In this document: in pieces, positions 21,152-29,620 of the stretch | Layout: each line of letters starts with the position of its first letter | Numbering within the stretch: position 1 is the stretch's first letter | Origin: an uncultured Actinomycetota bacterium | GTDB lineage: Bacteria > Actinomycetota > Actinomycetes > Mycobacteriales > SCTD01 | DNA length: 64,000 nucleotides | Assembly (NCBI GenBank): GCA_963726975.1 | Contig: CAVSEK010000013.1 | Coordinates: 918,938-982,937, forward strand | Direction: 5' to 3' | Position numbers and translations under genes: made by a program | Notes under the pieces: model-generated | Seen by the model: the letters and a program-made list of their open reading frames with translations, nothing else | What the model was told of the DNA's origin: nothing | Databases searched by the model: none

Positions 21152-22576
21152 GTGTTCAAGGACGCCGACGAGGTCCTGAGCTACATCAAGAAGGAGGGCG
21201 TCGAGATGGTCGACGTCCGGTTCTGCGACCTCCCCGGTGTCATGCAGCACTTCACCGTGCCCGCCGGGTCGTTCGACGAGTCCGTCTTCAGCGACGGCCT
21301 GGGCTTCGACGGCTCCTCGATCCGCGGCTTCCAGCAGATCCACGAGTCCGACATGCTGCTGCTGCCCGACCCGACCACGGCACAGCTGGACCCGTTCCGC
21401 ACCCGCAAGACGCTCATCCTGAACTTCTTCATCCACGACCCGCTGACCGGCGAGGCCTACTCGCGCGACCCGCGCAACGTGGCGAAGAAGGCCGAGGCGT
21501 ACCTCAAGGGCACCGGCATCGCCGACACCGCCTTCTTCGGCGCGGAGGCGGAGTTCTACATCTTCGACAACGTGCAGTTCGACTCGACGCCGCAGGGCAC
21601 GTTCTACAAGATCGACGCCGAGGCGGCGGCCTGGAACACGGGGCGCGAGGAGGTCGGCGGCAACCTGGGCTACAAGCCCCGCACCAAGGGCGGCTACTTC
21701 CCCGTCTCCCCCACCGACCACTACGCCGACCTGCGCGACGAGATGGCCGTCAAGCTCGAGCAGGCCGGGATGGTCGTGGAGCGCGGCCACCACGAGGTCG
21801 GCTCCGCCGGCCAGGCCGAGATCAACTACAGGTTCAACACGCTGCTGCACGCCGCCGACGAGATGATGCTCTTCAAGTACATCATCAAGAACACCGCGCA
21901 CGCCGCCGGCAAGACCGTGACCTTCATGCCCAAGCCGATCATGGGCGACAACGGCTCCGGGATGCACTGCCACCAGTCGCTGTGGCAGGACGGGTCGCCG
22001 CTGTTCTACGACGAGGTCGGCTACGCCGGGCTGTCGGACACCGCGCGCTACTACATCGGCGGGCTGCTGCACCACGCCCCGTCGCTGCTGGCCTTCACCA
22101 ACCCGACGATCAACAGCTTCCACCGGCTCGTGCCGGGCTTCGAGGCGCCGGTCAACCTGGTCTACAGCCAGCGCAACCGCTCGGCCTGCATCCGCATCCC
22201 GATCACCGGCTCGAACCCCAAGGCCAAGCGCCTGGAGTTCCGCTGCCCCGACCCGTCGTCGAACCCCTACCTGGCGTTCTCGGCCATGCTCATGGCGGGC
22301 CTCGACGGGATCAAGAACAAGATCGAGCCGCCGGTCCCGGTCGACAAGGACCTCTACGAGCTGCCGCCCGAGGAGCTCGCCGACGTCGCGCAGGTGCCGG
22401 CCTCCCTCGACGCCGTCCTCGAGGCGCTCGAGGCCGACCACGAGTACCTGCTCGAGGGCGGCGTCTTCACCGAGGACCTCATCTCGACGTGGATCGAGTA
22501 CAAGCGGACCGTCGAGATCGACGCGATCCGCCTGCGCCCGCACCCGTACGAGTTCGCGATGTACTACGACATCTGA
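21152..22576 (+). CDS. glnA: Glutamine synthetase type I
   Basis: AGGAGA at 21141-21146 is followed by GTG 21152 ([24 protein letters not shown]...). GS-I body includes the adenylylation-site region [11 protein letters not shown]. It lies within track ORF 21113..22576. Confidence 0.95.
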   Translation: MFKDADEVLSYIKKEGVEMVDVRFCDLPGVMQHFTVPAGSFDESVFSDGLGFDGSSIRGFQQIHESDMLLLPDPTTAQLDPFRTRKTLILNFFIHDPLTGEAYSRDPRNVAKKAEAYLKGTGIADTAFFGAEAEFYIFDNVQFDSTPQGTFYKIDAEAAAWNTGREEVGGNLGYKPRTKGGYFPVSPTDHYADLRDEMAVKLEQAGMVVERGHHEVGSAGQAEINYRFNTLLHAADEMMLFKYIIKNTAHAAGKTVTFMPKPIMGDNGSGMHCHQSLWQDGSPLFYDEVGYAGLSDTARYYIGGLLHHAPSLLAFTNPTINSFHRLVPGFEAPVNLVYSQRNRSACIRIPITGSNPKAKRLEFRCPDPSSNPYLAFSAMLMAGLDGIKNKIEPPVPVDKDLYELPPEELADVAQVPASLDAVLEALEADHEYLLEGGVFTEDLISTWIEYKRTVEIDAIRLRPHPYEFAMYYDI

Positions 22577-22634
22577 GTCGCCACCGTCCTCAGGTCCGAG
22601 CGCACCGGGCCGGACCGGGTGACCGAGGCGGGTC

Positions 22635-22673
22635 GTCGCCACGCTCCTCGAGCTCCTCGTCGAGCGTGGCGAC
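22635..22673 (+). terminator. Hairpin about 60 nt downstream of glnA (possible terminator)
   Basis: 12-bp stem gtcgccacgctc / gagcgtggcgac with a 15-nt loop. There is no U-tract. Confidence 0.35.
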
Positions 22674-22906
22674 GGCACGGTCCGCCGTGTCCTCCGACTC
22701 CGGCGACAGCTGCCTGCGAGGCCGCGACGTGCAGCCCGGACCGGCTGCCGCAGCGGCTCGCAGGCCGCGCGCCGGACTTCGGCGGCGCGCTGGCACGCAG
22801 CGGACTCCTTGAACCGCTCGCGGGACAGCCCGCTCGCGACCGGGCGCCCCTCCTCGCCCGGGAGGCCGTCTCGCGCCGCCCCGACACCTGCAGGCCCCGC
22901 CCGGTG

Positions 22907-23054
22907 GCCAGCAGCCGGGTGCGCCCCCGCGTGTGGTGATCTTGCGGGGGTCCTGAGCGTGCGAGATCACCACGGTCGGTAGCCAGCAGCCGGGTGCGCC
23001 CCCGCGTGTGGTGATCTTGCGGGGGTCCTGAGCGTGCGAGATCACCACGGTCGT
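22907..23054. repeat. Two tandem copies of a 75-bp unit, each containing a 10-bp-stem hairpin
   Basis: 22907-22978 is identical to 22982-23053 (72/72). Each unit carries GTGGTGATCT-n21-AGATCACCAC (22933-22973 and 23008-23048) and a competing CCCCCGC/GCGGGGG pair. Confidence 0.9.
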
Positions 23055-23213
23055 CCCCCGCGCTGATGGCCTGGTGCTGCTCGACCCCCACGGGGACAGC
23101 GTGACGGCTCCGCCGACGCACGGGGGCCTGCCGCACGTGCTCGTCCAGGTGCGGCACGATGCGACTCCCCCGCCCGCACCCGTGGGCGAACGCCGTCCGC
23201 CCCGGAGGGCACC

Positions 23214-23804
23214 GTGACCCATCCCGCCGACCTCGTCGCGACCACGTACGCAGGGCTGGCCGACCTGCTGGAGGAGGCGGACGTCTGGGACGCCGGATCG
23301 CTGTGCGCGGGCTGGCGGGTGCGCCACGTCGTTGCGCACGTGTCGATGCCGCTGCTGCTCACGGCCGAGCAGTTCGGCGCGGAGCTGGCCGCGGCCGGCG
23401 GCGACTTCGGGGTGCTGTCGGACACGGTCGCCGAGCGGGAGGCGGGTCGCGCCCCCGCCGACGCGCTGGCCGGGCTGCGCTCCCCGCGGTTGCACGAGTG
23501 GCAGCCGCCGGGCGGCGGCGAGGCGGGAGCCCTCAGCCACGCCGTCATCCACTCCCTGGACGTGACGCTGGCGCTGGGTCGCGAGCCGGTCGCCCCGGCC
23601 GCCGCGCGGGCCGCCGTGCTCGACCAGCTCGTCGACGCGGGCGGCGCGCACTTCGGCGTCGACCTGTCGGACGTGCGGCTGGTCGCCGACGACGTCGACC
23701 TGCAGCGCGGCAGCGGCACCGAGGTGCGGGCCGACAGCGGCGCGCTCGTCGCCCTGCTCAGCGGCAGGACGCTGCCGGACGGGCGCCACCTGCCGCGGCG
23801 GTGA
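23214..23804 (+). CDS. Maleylpyruvate isomerase-family mycothiol-dependent enzyme (DinB-like)
   Basis: GGAGGG is followed by GTG 23214. The N-terminus LVATTYAGLADLLEEADVWDAGSLCAGWRVRHVVAHV is typical of MDMPI_N/TIGR03083 proteins. Confidence 0.7.
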   Translation: MTHPADLVATTYAGLADLLEEADVWDAGSLCAGWRVRHVVAHVSMPLLLTAEQFGAELAAAGGDFGVLSDTVAEREAGRAPADALAGLRSPRLHEWQPPGGGEAGALSHAVIHSLDVTLALGREPVAPAAARAAVLDQLVDAGGAHFGVDLSDVRLVADDVDLQRGSGTEVRADSGALVALLSGRTLPDGRHLPRR

Positions 23805-23807
23805 GGG

Positions 23808-24606
23808 TCAGACTGCGGGTCGGCGCCCGACGAGGTGGAAGACGCGGCTGAGGCGGCGGTACGGCTCGCGGTCCGCCGCCTCGAGCTCGACCGCGGTCAC
23901 CGCGTCCAGGTCGGTGCCCTCGACGGGCAGGTCCAGCCAGTCGGTGAAGAGCCACACGCCGTACCACGCGACCGGCTCGACCCCGGACCGGCGCAGCAGG
24001 TCGGACAGCCCCTCCACGGTGTCCGCCCGCGTCGGGCGGCCCAGCCCACCGGGCTCCCCTGCCGCGTCGGACGCCGCCAGCGCGTCGGCCCAGCGGCGCT
24101 CCAGGGCCGGCCGCACGGCGAGCGTCCGGCGGTTCAGCGCCAGCACCGACACGAGCCCGCCCGGCGCGGCGCAGGCGCACAGCGCGTCGACCAGCGGCGT
24201 CGGGTCGTCGAGGTACACCACCACCCCGTGGCAGAGCACCCCGGCGTACGTCTGCCCGTCCAGGGCGCGCGGCGCGTCCGCGCCGTCCGCCTGCACGAGG
24301 GCACCCGGTCGCGCACGCCGACCGGCTCGGCGGCGACCCGCGCCGCCGCCTTCTCCAGCATCGCCGCGGACGGGTCGAGCACGGTCACGTCGTGGCCGCG
24401 CCGGGCCAGCGGCAGCGACTGGTGCGCGGCGCCGCCACCGACGTCGAGCACGGCGGCGGGCGGCGCGGGCAGGTGGCGCAGCAGCTGCGCGTGCAGCACG
24501 CGGGTGCGCACCTGCCCCTCGACGGTCGCGTACGCGCCGTCGAGGGGCAGGCGTCGGCCAGCTCGGACCAGTCGGCCGGCGCGGGCCCGCGGAGCCGGCC
24601 GGTCAC
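23808..24606 (-). pseudogene. Class I SAM-dependent methyltransferase, two frameshifts
   Basis: GTG 24606 overlaps the MMPL stop (GTGA). VTGRLRGPAPADWSELADA is in one frame. LPLDGAYATVEGQVRTRVL...VLDVGGGAAHQSLPLARRGHDVTVLDPSAAMLE is in a second frame (shift about 24550). LVQADGADAPRALDGQTYAGVLCHGVVVYLDDP...HLVGRRPAV* is in a third frame (shift about 24300). Confidence 0.7.
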
Positions 24607-26870
24607 GCGGGGGAAGCCGCGGGCGACGCGGGTGCGGGGAGCGGCTCGGCACGCGAGCGCTCCGCCTGCTGCCGGTGCACGCGCGCGCTGGCGTGCCGGC
24701 CGAGCAGGGTGAGCAGCGACGGCAGCAGCAGCGAGCGCACGACGACGGCGTCGAGCAGCACTCCGAGCACCATGGCGCAGGCCAGCTCGCGGAAGGGGCG
24801 CAGCGGCACGAGCGCGAGCAGGCCGAAGCTGGCGGCGAGCGTCAGCGCGGCGGCCGTGATGGCCCGGCTGCTGTCCGGGACCGCGACGAGCAGCGCCTCG
24901 CGCAGCGACCTGGTGCGCGCCTCCTCCCAGACCCGCCCGACCGCGAAGATGTTGTAGTCCGAGCCCAGCGACACCAGCAGCACGGCGGCGGCGAACGGGA
25001 CGTAGAAGGTCAGCCCGGTGCCGCCGAGCAGGTCCTGGAAGACGAGCACGGTGAGGCCCAGGGCGGCGCCGAGCGCGAGCACGCTGCTGGCCAGCAGCAG
25101 CAGCGAGGTCCAGAAGGCCCGCAGGAAGAGCACGAGCATGACCAGGTTGACCAGCAGCGCGGCGATCGTCAGGCGCCGCAGGTCGCGCTGCGTCGCGCGC
25201 ACGATGAGCTCGGACAGCGCCGTGTCCCCGGCCAGGGACGCGGTGACCTGCGGCAGCCCCGCCGCGTCGAGCAGGCCCGGCAGGTCTTCGCGCAGCGCCG
25301 TCACCCCGTCGATGGCCGGGGCGCTGAGCGGCCGGGCAGCGAGCACGAGGAGCAGCCGCGCCGTGTCGCCGGAGGGGGCGACGAAGACGTGGAGGCGGTC
25401 GGCCAGCGGCAGGGTGCCCGGTCCCAGCACGGCCTGCACCTGTGGCTGCCCTCGCAACGCGTCGGCCAGCGCCCTGAGCTCCGCGGGCCGCTCCCCCAGA
25501 CCCGGTCCTTCCAGCAGCACCTCCGTGGGCGCGACGATGCCGGGCGCGAAGCCCGCGCGGGCGTTCTCGGCCGCTACCGCGACCGGGGAGTCCGAGGGGA
25601 GCGCGGCGATGAAGGAGACGCCGAGGTCGAGGTGCCGCAGCGGCAGGGCCGCGAGCAGGAGCGCGGCAGTCGTCAGACCGACGACGACCCCTGCCGTCCG
25701 TCGGCGGGTCAGGCGGCGGACCAGCCGCTCGGGCGTGCGCCCGTGCCGGACGTGCAGCGCCGTCACGGGAGCCGGCCAGAGCGCCCCGCTGCCGAGCACG
25801 GCCAGCACGGCCGGGACGAGGGTGACCGTGACGAGCAGGGCGAGCAGCACGGTGAGCGCGAGCCCCGGACCGAGGCCGTGGAAGAGCGGGGACCTCGCGA
25901 CGGTCAGGGCGCCGGTACCGGCGCTGACGGTGAGCCCGGCGACGAGCAGGATCGGCACCGTGCCGGCGATGGCGCGCTCCACCGCGTCGCGCACCTCGCC
26001 GCCCGCGGCGAGCTCCCGGCGCAGCCCGGCGAGGAAGAAGACCGTGTAGTCGGTGACGACCCCCAGCAGCAGGGCGACGAGCAGGGGGCTGACCTCGTCG
26101 GGGACGGTCAGCCCCAGTGCGACCGCGACGGTGTTGACCAGGCGGAGCGTCACGACGGTGGCCGTCCCGGCGACCACGAGCGCGACGACCGCAGCGACGG
26201 GAGAGCGGAAGGCCAGCGCGACGAGCAGCGCGATGGCGACGACGGTCGCCGTCTCCACCACGGGCAGCGCCCCCTCGATGGTCTCCGCCTGCTCGGCCCG
26301 CGCCGGGATGGACCCGGTGATGCCGACGAGCGCGTCGTCCGGGTCGCCGAGGTAGCGGTCGGCGTACTCCTGCGCCGCCTGCCGCTGGTCGTCGAACCCG
26401 GCGCCGGGCGGCAGGAACAGCGATGTGAGCACGGTGGTCCCCTGCTCGGCCGCTCCCGGGAACAGGCCCAGCGCGTTGGGCAGCGGCAGGGCGCCGAGCA
26501 CCAGCGGCACGTCGCCCTGCCCCTGGTCGACCTGCACCGCGCGCAGCACGGCCCCCGCCTGGGCCTCCAGCGACAGCCCGTCCGGGTCGCGCTGCACCAC
26601 GGTCACCCGGCTGAGCAAGGGGAAGCCGAACGCCTCGTACGAGCGCAGCTCCGCCTGGATCGCCGGGTTGTCGGCGCTCACCAGACCGCCCAGGCCTCCG
26701 CCGCCCCCGCCGGACGGAGCGGGCAGCAGCACCGCGGCGACCGCCAGCAGGGCCCAGCCGGCCAGGACGGCCCAGCGCAGGCGCACGACGAGACGCGCGT
26801 AGCCCTGGGCCAGGCGCCCGCGCCGCCGGTGGCGCGGGCGGGTCAGCAGCCCGGACAGCGGTGCGGTCAC
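24603..26870 (-). CDS. MMPL family (RND-type) transporter
   Basis: GTG 26870 overlaps the upstream stop (GTGA). It has 755 codons and two 6-TM bundles with large extracytoplasmic loops. Motifs: GVVTDYTVFFL and SLGSDYNIFAVGR. Confidence 0.85.
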   Translation of the reverse strand: MTAPLSGLLTRPRHRRRGRLAQGYARLVVRLRWAVLAGWALLAVAAVLLPAPSGGGGGGLGGLVSADNPAIQAELRSYEAFGFPLLSRVTVVQRDPDGLSLEAQAGAVLRAVQVDQGQGDVPLVLGALPLPNALGLFPGAAEQGTTVLTSLFLPPGAGFDDQRQAAQEYADRYLGDPDDALVGITGSIPARAEQAETIEGALPVVETATVVAIALLVALAFRSPVAAVVALVVAGTATVVTLRLVNTVAVALGLTVPDEVSPLLVALLLGVVTDYTVFFLAGLRRELAAGGEVRDAVERAIAGTVPILLVAGLTVSAGTGALTVARSPLFHGLGPGLALTVLLALLVTVTLVPAVLAVLGSGALWPAPVTALHVRHGRTPERLVRRLTRRRTAGVVVGLTTAALLLAALPLRHLDLGVSFIAALPSDSPVAVAAENARAGFAPGIVAPTEVLLEGPGLGERPAELRALADALRGQPQVQAVLGPGTLPLADRLHVFVAPSGDTARLLLVLAARPLSAPAIDGVTALREDLPGLLDAAGLPQVTASLAGDTALSELIVRATQRDLRRLTIAALLVNLVMLVLFLRAFWTSLLLLASSVLALGAALGLTVLVFQDLLGGTGLTFYVPFAAAVLLVSLGSDYNIFAVGRVWEEARTRSLREALLVAVPDSSRAITAAALTLAASFGLLALVPLRPFRELACAMVLGVLLDAVVVRSLLLPSLLTLLGRHASARVHRQQAERSRAEPLPAPASPAASPA

Positions 26871-27466
26871 GTGGGGTCGCGCCGGAGGCCGAGATGCTCG
26901 AGCTGAGCGTCGGCGAGGTGCCGCCGCCGCCCCTCGGCGAAGTCCCGTTCCGGCGTCGGCGTCGTCCGCTGCAGCGTCTCGTAGGGAACCTCGGCCAGCG
27001 CGCGGCGGGCGAGGTGCGTGTCGAGGTCCGGACCGTCGGCCGACCGCAGCAGCGCCAGCACGCGCCGCCGGTCGGCGGCGGCGGCGGCGCGCACCGGCAG
27101 GTAGAGCAGGACCGGCGCGAGCGGCAGCAGCGCCACGCTGACACCGAGCAGGACCGCGAGCCGGCGCGTGCTGTCGCGGGTCTCCCCTCCCCGGGCCGCG
27201 ATGCTCGTCGCGGCCTCGCGCACCGAGTCGCCGATCGTGCCGGGGGTGCCGCCGATGATCGGGATGTCGCGCAGCTCCTGCAGCGCCCGGCCGGAGTCGT
27301 CCAGCGCCTGCCCGGTCGTGGTCAGCGTCTCGCCCAGGTGCGAGAGCTGCCAGACCTCGTGTCCTACCCAGCCGCCGATCACCACCCAGGCGACGCACCA
27401 GAGCAGGGCGACGGCGTCGAGGAGGCGGAGCTGGTCGGCGCCGGCGCGGCGCAGGGCAGAGGGCAC
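26867..27466 (-). CDS. Hypothetical two-TM membrane protein coupled to the MMPL gene
   Basis: Candidate GTG at 27466 (VPSALRRAGADQLRLLDAVALLWCVAWVVIGGW...). Its stop overlaps the MMPL GTG. No family was recognised and the start is uncertain. Confidence 0.5.
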   Translation of the reverse strand: MPSALRRAGADQLRLLDAVALLWCVAWVVIGGWVGHEVWQLSHLGETLTTTGQALDDSGRALQELRDIPIIGGTPGTIGDSVREAATSIAARGGETRDSTRRLAVLLGVSVALLPLAPVLLYLPVRAAAAADRRRVLALLRSADGPDLDTHLARRALAEVPYETLQRTTPTPERDFAEGRRRHLADAQLEHLGLRRDPT

Positions 27467-27581
27467 GGCGCGGGTCGTACCCCGTTCCGTACCGGGAACG
27501 TCACGGGTGCGCGCCCCGCACCCGGGCACAGGGACAGGGACGAGCCGCGACGGTCGCGGCGGACGAGACGCAGGAGGCGGC

Positions 27582-28010
27582 ATGACGCAGGTGGAGCGGC
27601 ACTCCGGCTGGCAGCGCTGGTCGGTGCTGCTGCCCGCCCTGGCCTTCGTGGGCGGCGCTGCGCTCGGGGGCGTGGTCGTGGGGGTCGCGGTGGGCGGCGG
27701 CTCGTCCTCGTCGTCGGACGCCGCCGCACCGGGTGCGACGCCGACGCCGACGCCGTCCGCGGGGCGTGCCGATGCCGTGGTCCGGGTGCCGGGCCCGTGC
27801 CTGCAGGCCGCGGACCGGGCCGACGACGCGTACGCGCTCGTGCAGCAGGGCGTGCAGGCCGCGCGCGACCTCGACGCGCGGGCGCTCGCCGACCTCGTCG
27901 ACCAGGTGCAGCAGCAGCGGCCGCAGGTGCAGGCGCTCATCGCGGACTGCCGCGCCGCTGCCGCCGACACGGTGCTGCAGCCGGCGCCGACACCCGCCCG
28001 GACGCCCTAG
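27582..28010 (+). CDS. Hypothetical membrane-anchored protein
   Basis: GGAGG is followed by ATG 27582. One TM (WSVLLPALAFVGGAALGGVVVGVAV), then a Ser/Pro linker and a helical C-terminus with 2 Cys. Confidence 0.5.
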   Translation: MTQVERHSGWQRWSVLLPALAFVGGAALGGVVVGVAVGGGSSSSSDAAAPGATPTPTPSAGRADAVVRVPGPCLQAADRADDAYALVQQGVQAARDLDARALADLVDQVQQQRPQVQALIADCRAAAADTVLQPAPTPARTP

Positions 28011-28013
28011 GGC

Positions 28014-29561
28014 TCACACCCCGCGCTGCTGCCCCGACCAGAAGGGAGCACGCAGCTCGCGGCGCAGCACCTTGCCGGTGGCGTTGCGCGGGAGCTCCTG
28101 CAGGACGTCGTAGGACGTCGGGCGCTTGTAGCCGGCGAGGTGCGACCGGCACAGCGCGTCGAGCTGGGCCGGGTCGACGGAGGCACCCGGGGCCGCCACC
28201 ACGCAGGCCTTGACGGTCTCGCCCCAGCGCTCGTCGGGCACGCCGATGACGGCGACCTCACCGACCGACGGGTCCAGCAGCAGCACGCGCTCCACCTCGG
28301 CCGGGTAGACGTTCTCGCCACCGCTGATGATCATGTCCTTGAGCCGGTCCTCGAGGTAGACGAAGCCGCCCTCGTCGAGGCGGGCGACGTCACCGGTACG
28401 CACCCAGCCGCCCTCGACGAGCGTCTCCTGCGTCGCCTCCGGCCGCTGCCAGTAGCCGGCCATCGCCTGCTCCGACCGCACCCACAGCTCCCCGAGCTCC
28501 CCCGCCGGCACCTCGGTGCCGGACTCGTCGACGACCCGCACCTCCACGCCCGGGTAGGGCCGACCCGCGGACTGCAGGCGCTCGGGGTGCTCGGCGTCGG
28601 CGTGGTCCTCGGGGCTCAGCCAGGTGACGGCCCCCGACAGCTCGGTCATGCCGTAGACCTGCCCGAGGATCCCCGGGAACCGGGCGAGCGCCGCCCGCAT
28701 CAGCGGCGCGGGCATCGGCGACGCGCCGTAGAGCAGGTGCCGCAGGCTCGACAGGTCGCGCCCGGGCAGCGACGGGTCCTGCAGCAGCGCCGCGACGAGC
28801 GCCGGCACCACGAAGGTCTCGGTGACCCGCTCCCGCTCGACGACGTCCAGCAGCAGCGACGGCACCGGGTCGCGGGTGACGACGACGCGCACGCCCGCGG
28901 CGAGCTTGGACAGGGCGTACGCCAGACCGCCCACGTGGTAGAGCGGCATCGGGACGAGCGCCACCGCGTCGCCGGCGGGCGGCACGACCCGCGCCGCCGC
29001 TGCGTCGTGGGCCGCGACCGAGCGGGACGTCAGCATGACGCCCTTGGGGAAGCCGGTCGTGCCCGAGGTGTACAGCTGCAGCACGGCGTCGTCGGGCGAC
29101 CGCTCCGCCCACGTGGGGTCGGGCTCGTGCGCGGCCAGCCACGGCTCGTAGCCGTCGTCCGGACCACCGAGCACGACCACGGTGCGCAGCCGCGGCAACC
29201 GCTCCCGCAGCGGCTCGACGACCGGCGCGAGCTCGTGCCCGACGACGAGCACCTCGGCGGTGCTGTCCTCGAGGGCGAAGTGCAGCTCCTCGGGAGCGAG
29301 CCGCCAGTTGACGACGGCCGTGACCGCGCCGACCCGGGACCCGCCGAGCGCCACCTCCAGGACCGCGGGCGAGTTCTTGTCCAGGACGGCCACCCGGGTG
29401 TCCGGCCCGACGCCGTCCGCACGCAGGGCGGCGCCGACCCGCGCGACCCGCTCGTCGAGCTGCGCCCAGGACCAGGTGCGGTCCTCGGACCGGACCGCCT
29501 CGGCGTCGTCGGTGCGGAGCCTGGCGCCCAGCCGCGGGCCGGTCGTGCGGGAGGGGTCCAC
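28014..29561 (-). CDS. Acyl-CoA synthetase / AMP-dependent ligase (FadD-like)
   Basis: GTG 29561. AMP-binding motifs LYTSGTTGFPKGV, YGMTE, TGDVARLDEGGFVYLEDRLKDMI and GKVLRREL. Confidence 0.85.
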   Translation of the reverse strand: MDPSRTTGPRLGARLRTDDAEAVRSEDRTWSWAQLDERVARVGAALRADGVGPDTRVAVLDKNSPAVLEVALGGSRVGAVTAVVNWRLAPEELHFALEDSTAEVLVVGHELAPVVEPLRERLPRLRTVVVLGGPDDGYEPWLAAHEPDPTWAERSPDDAVLQLYTSGTTGFPKGVMLTSRSVAAHDAAAARVVPPAGDAVALVPMPLYHVGGLAYALSKLAAGVRVVVTRDPVPSLLLDVVERERVTETFVVPALVAALLQDPSLPGRDLSSLRHLLYGASPMPAPLMRAALARFPGILGQVYGMTELSGAVTWLSPEDHADAEHPERLQSAGRPYPGVEVRVVDESGTEVPAGELGELWVRSEQAMAGYWQRPEATQETLVEGGWVRTGDVARLDEGGFVYLEDRLKDMIISGGENVYPAEVERVLLLDPSVGEVAVIGVPDERWGETVKACVVAAPGASVDPAQLDALCRSHLAGYKRPTSYDVLQELPRNATGKVLRRELRAPFWSGQQRGV

Positions 29562-29620
29562 GTCAGCAACCTGCCCGACCGGCCCGGCGGGCGCAAGCAC
29601 CGCCGGGAGGTCGAGGAGCG

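Noticed and set aside
22590-22890. A protein-like stretch on the minus strand (…SGLSRERFKESAACQRAAEV… and …LSPESEDTADRAVATLDEELEERGDDPP*) downstream of glnA. It could be a decayed small gene.
   Set aside because: It needs at least one frame hop and has no start codon, RBS or recognisable family. The acidic LDEELEE part coincides with the 22635-22673 inverted repeat, which explains its regularity. It is left unannotated.
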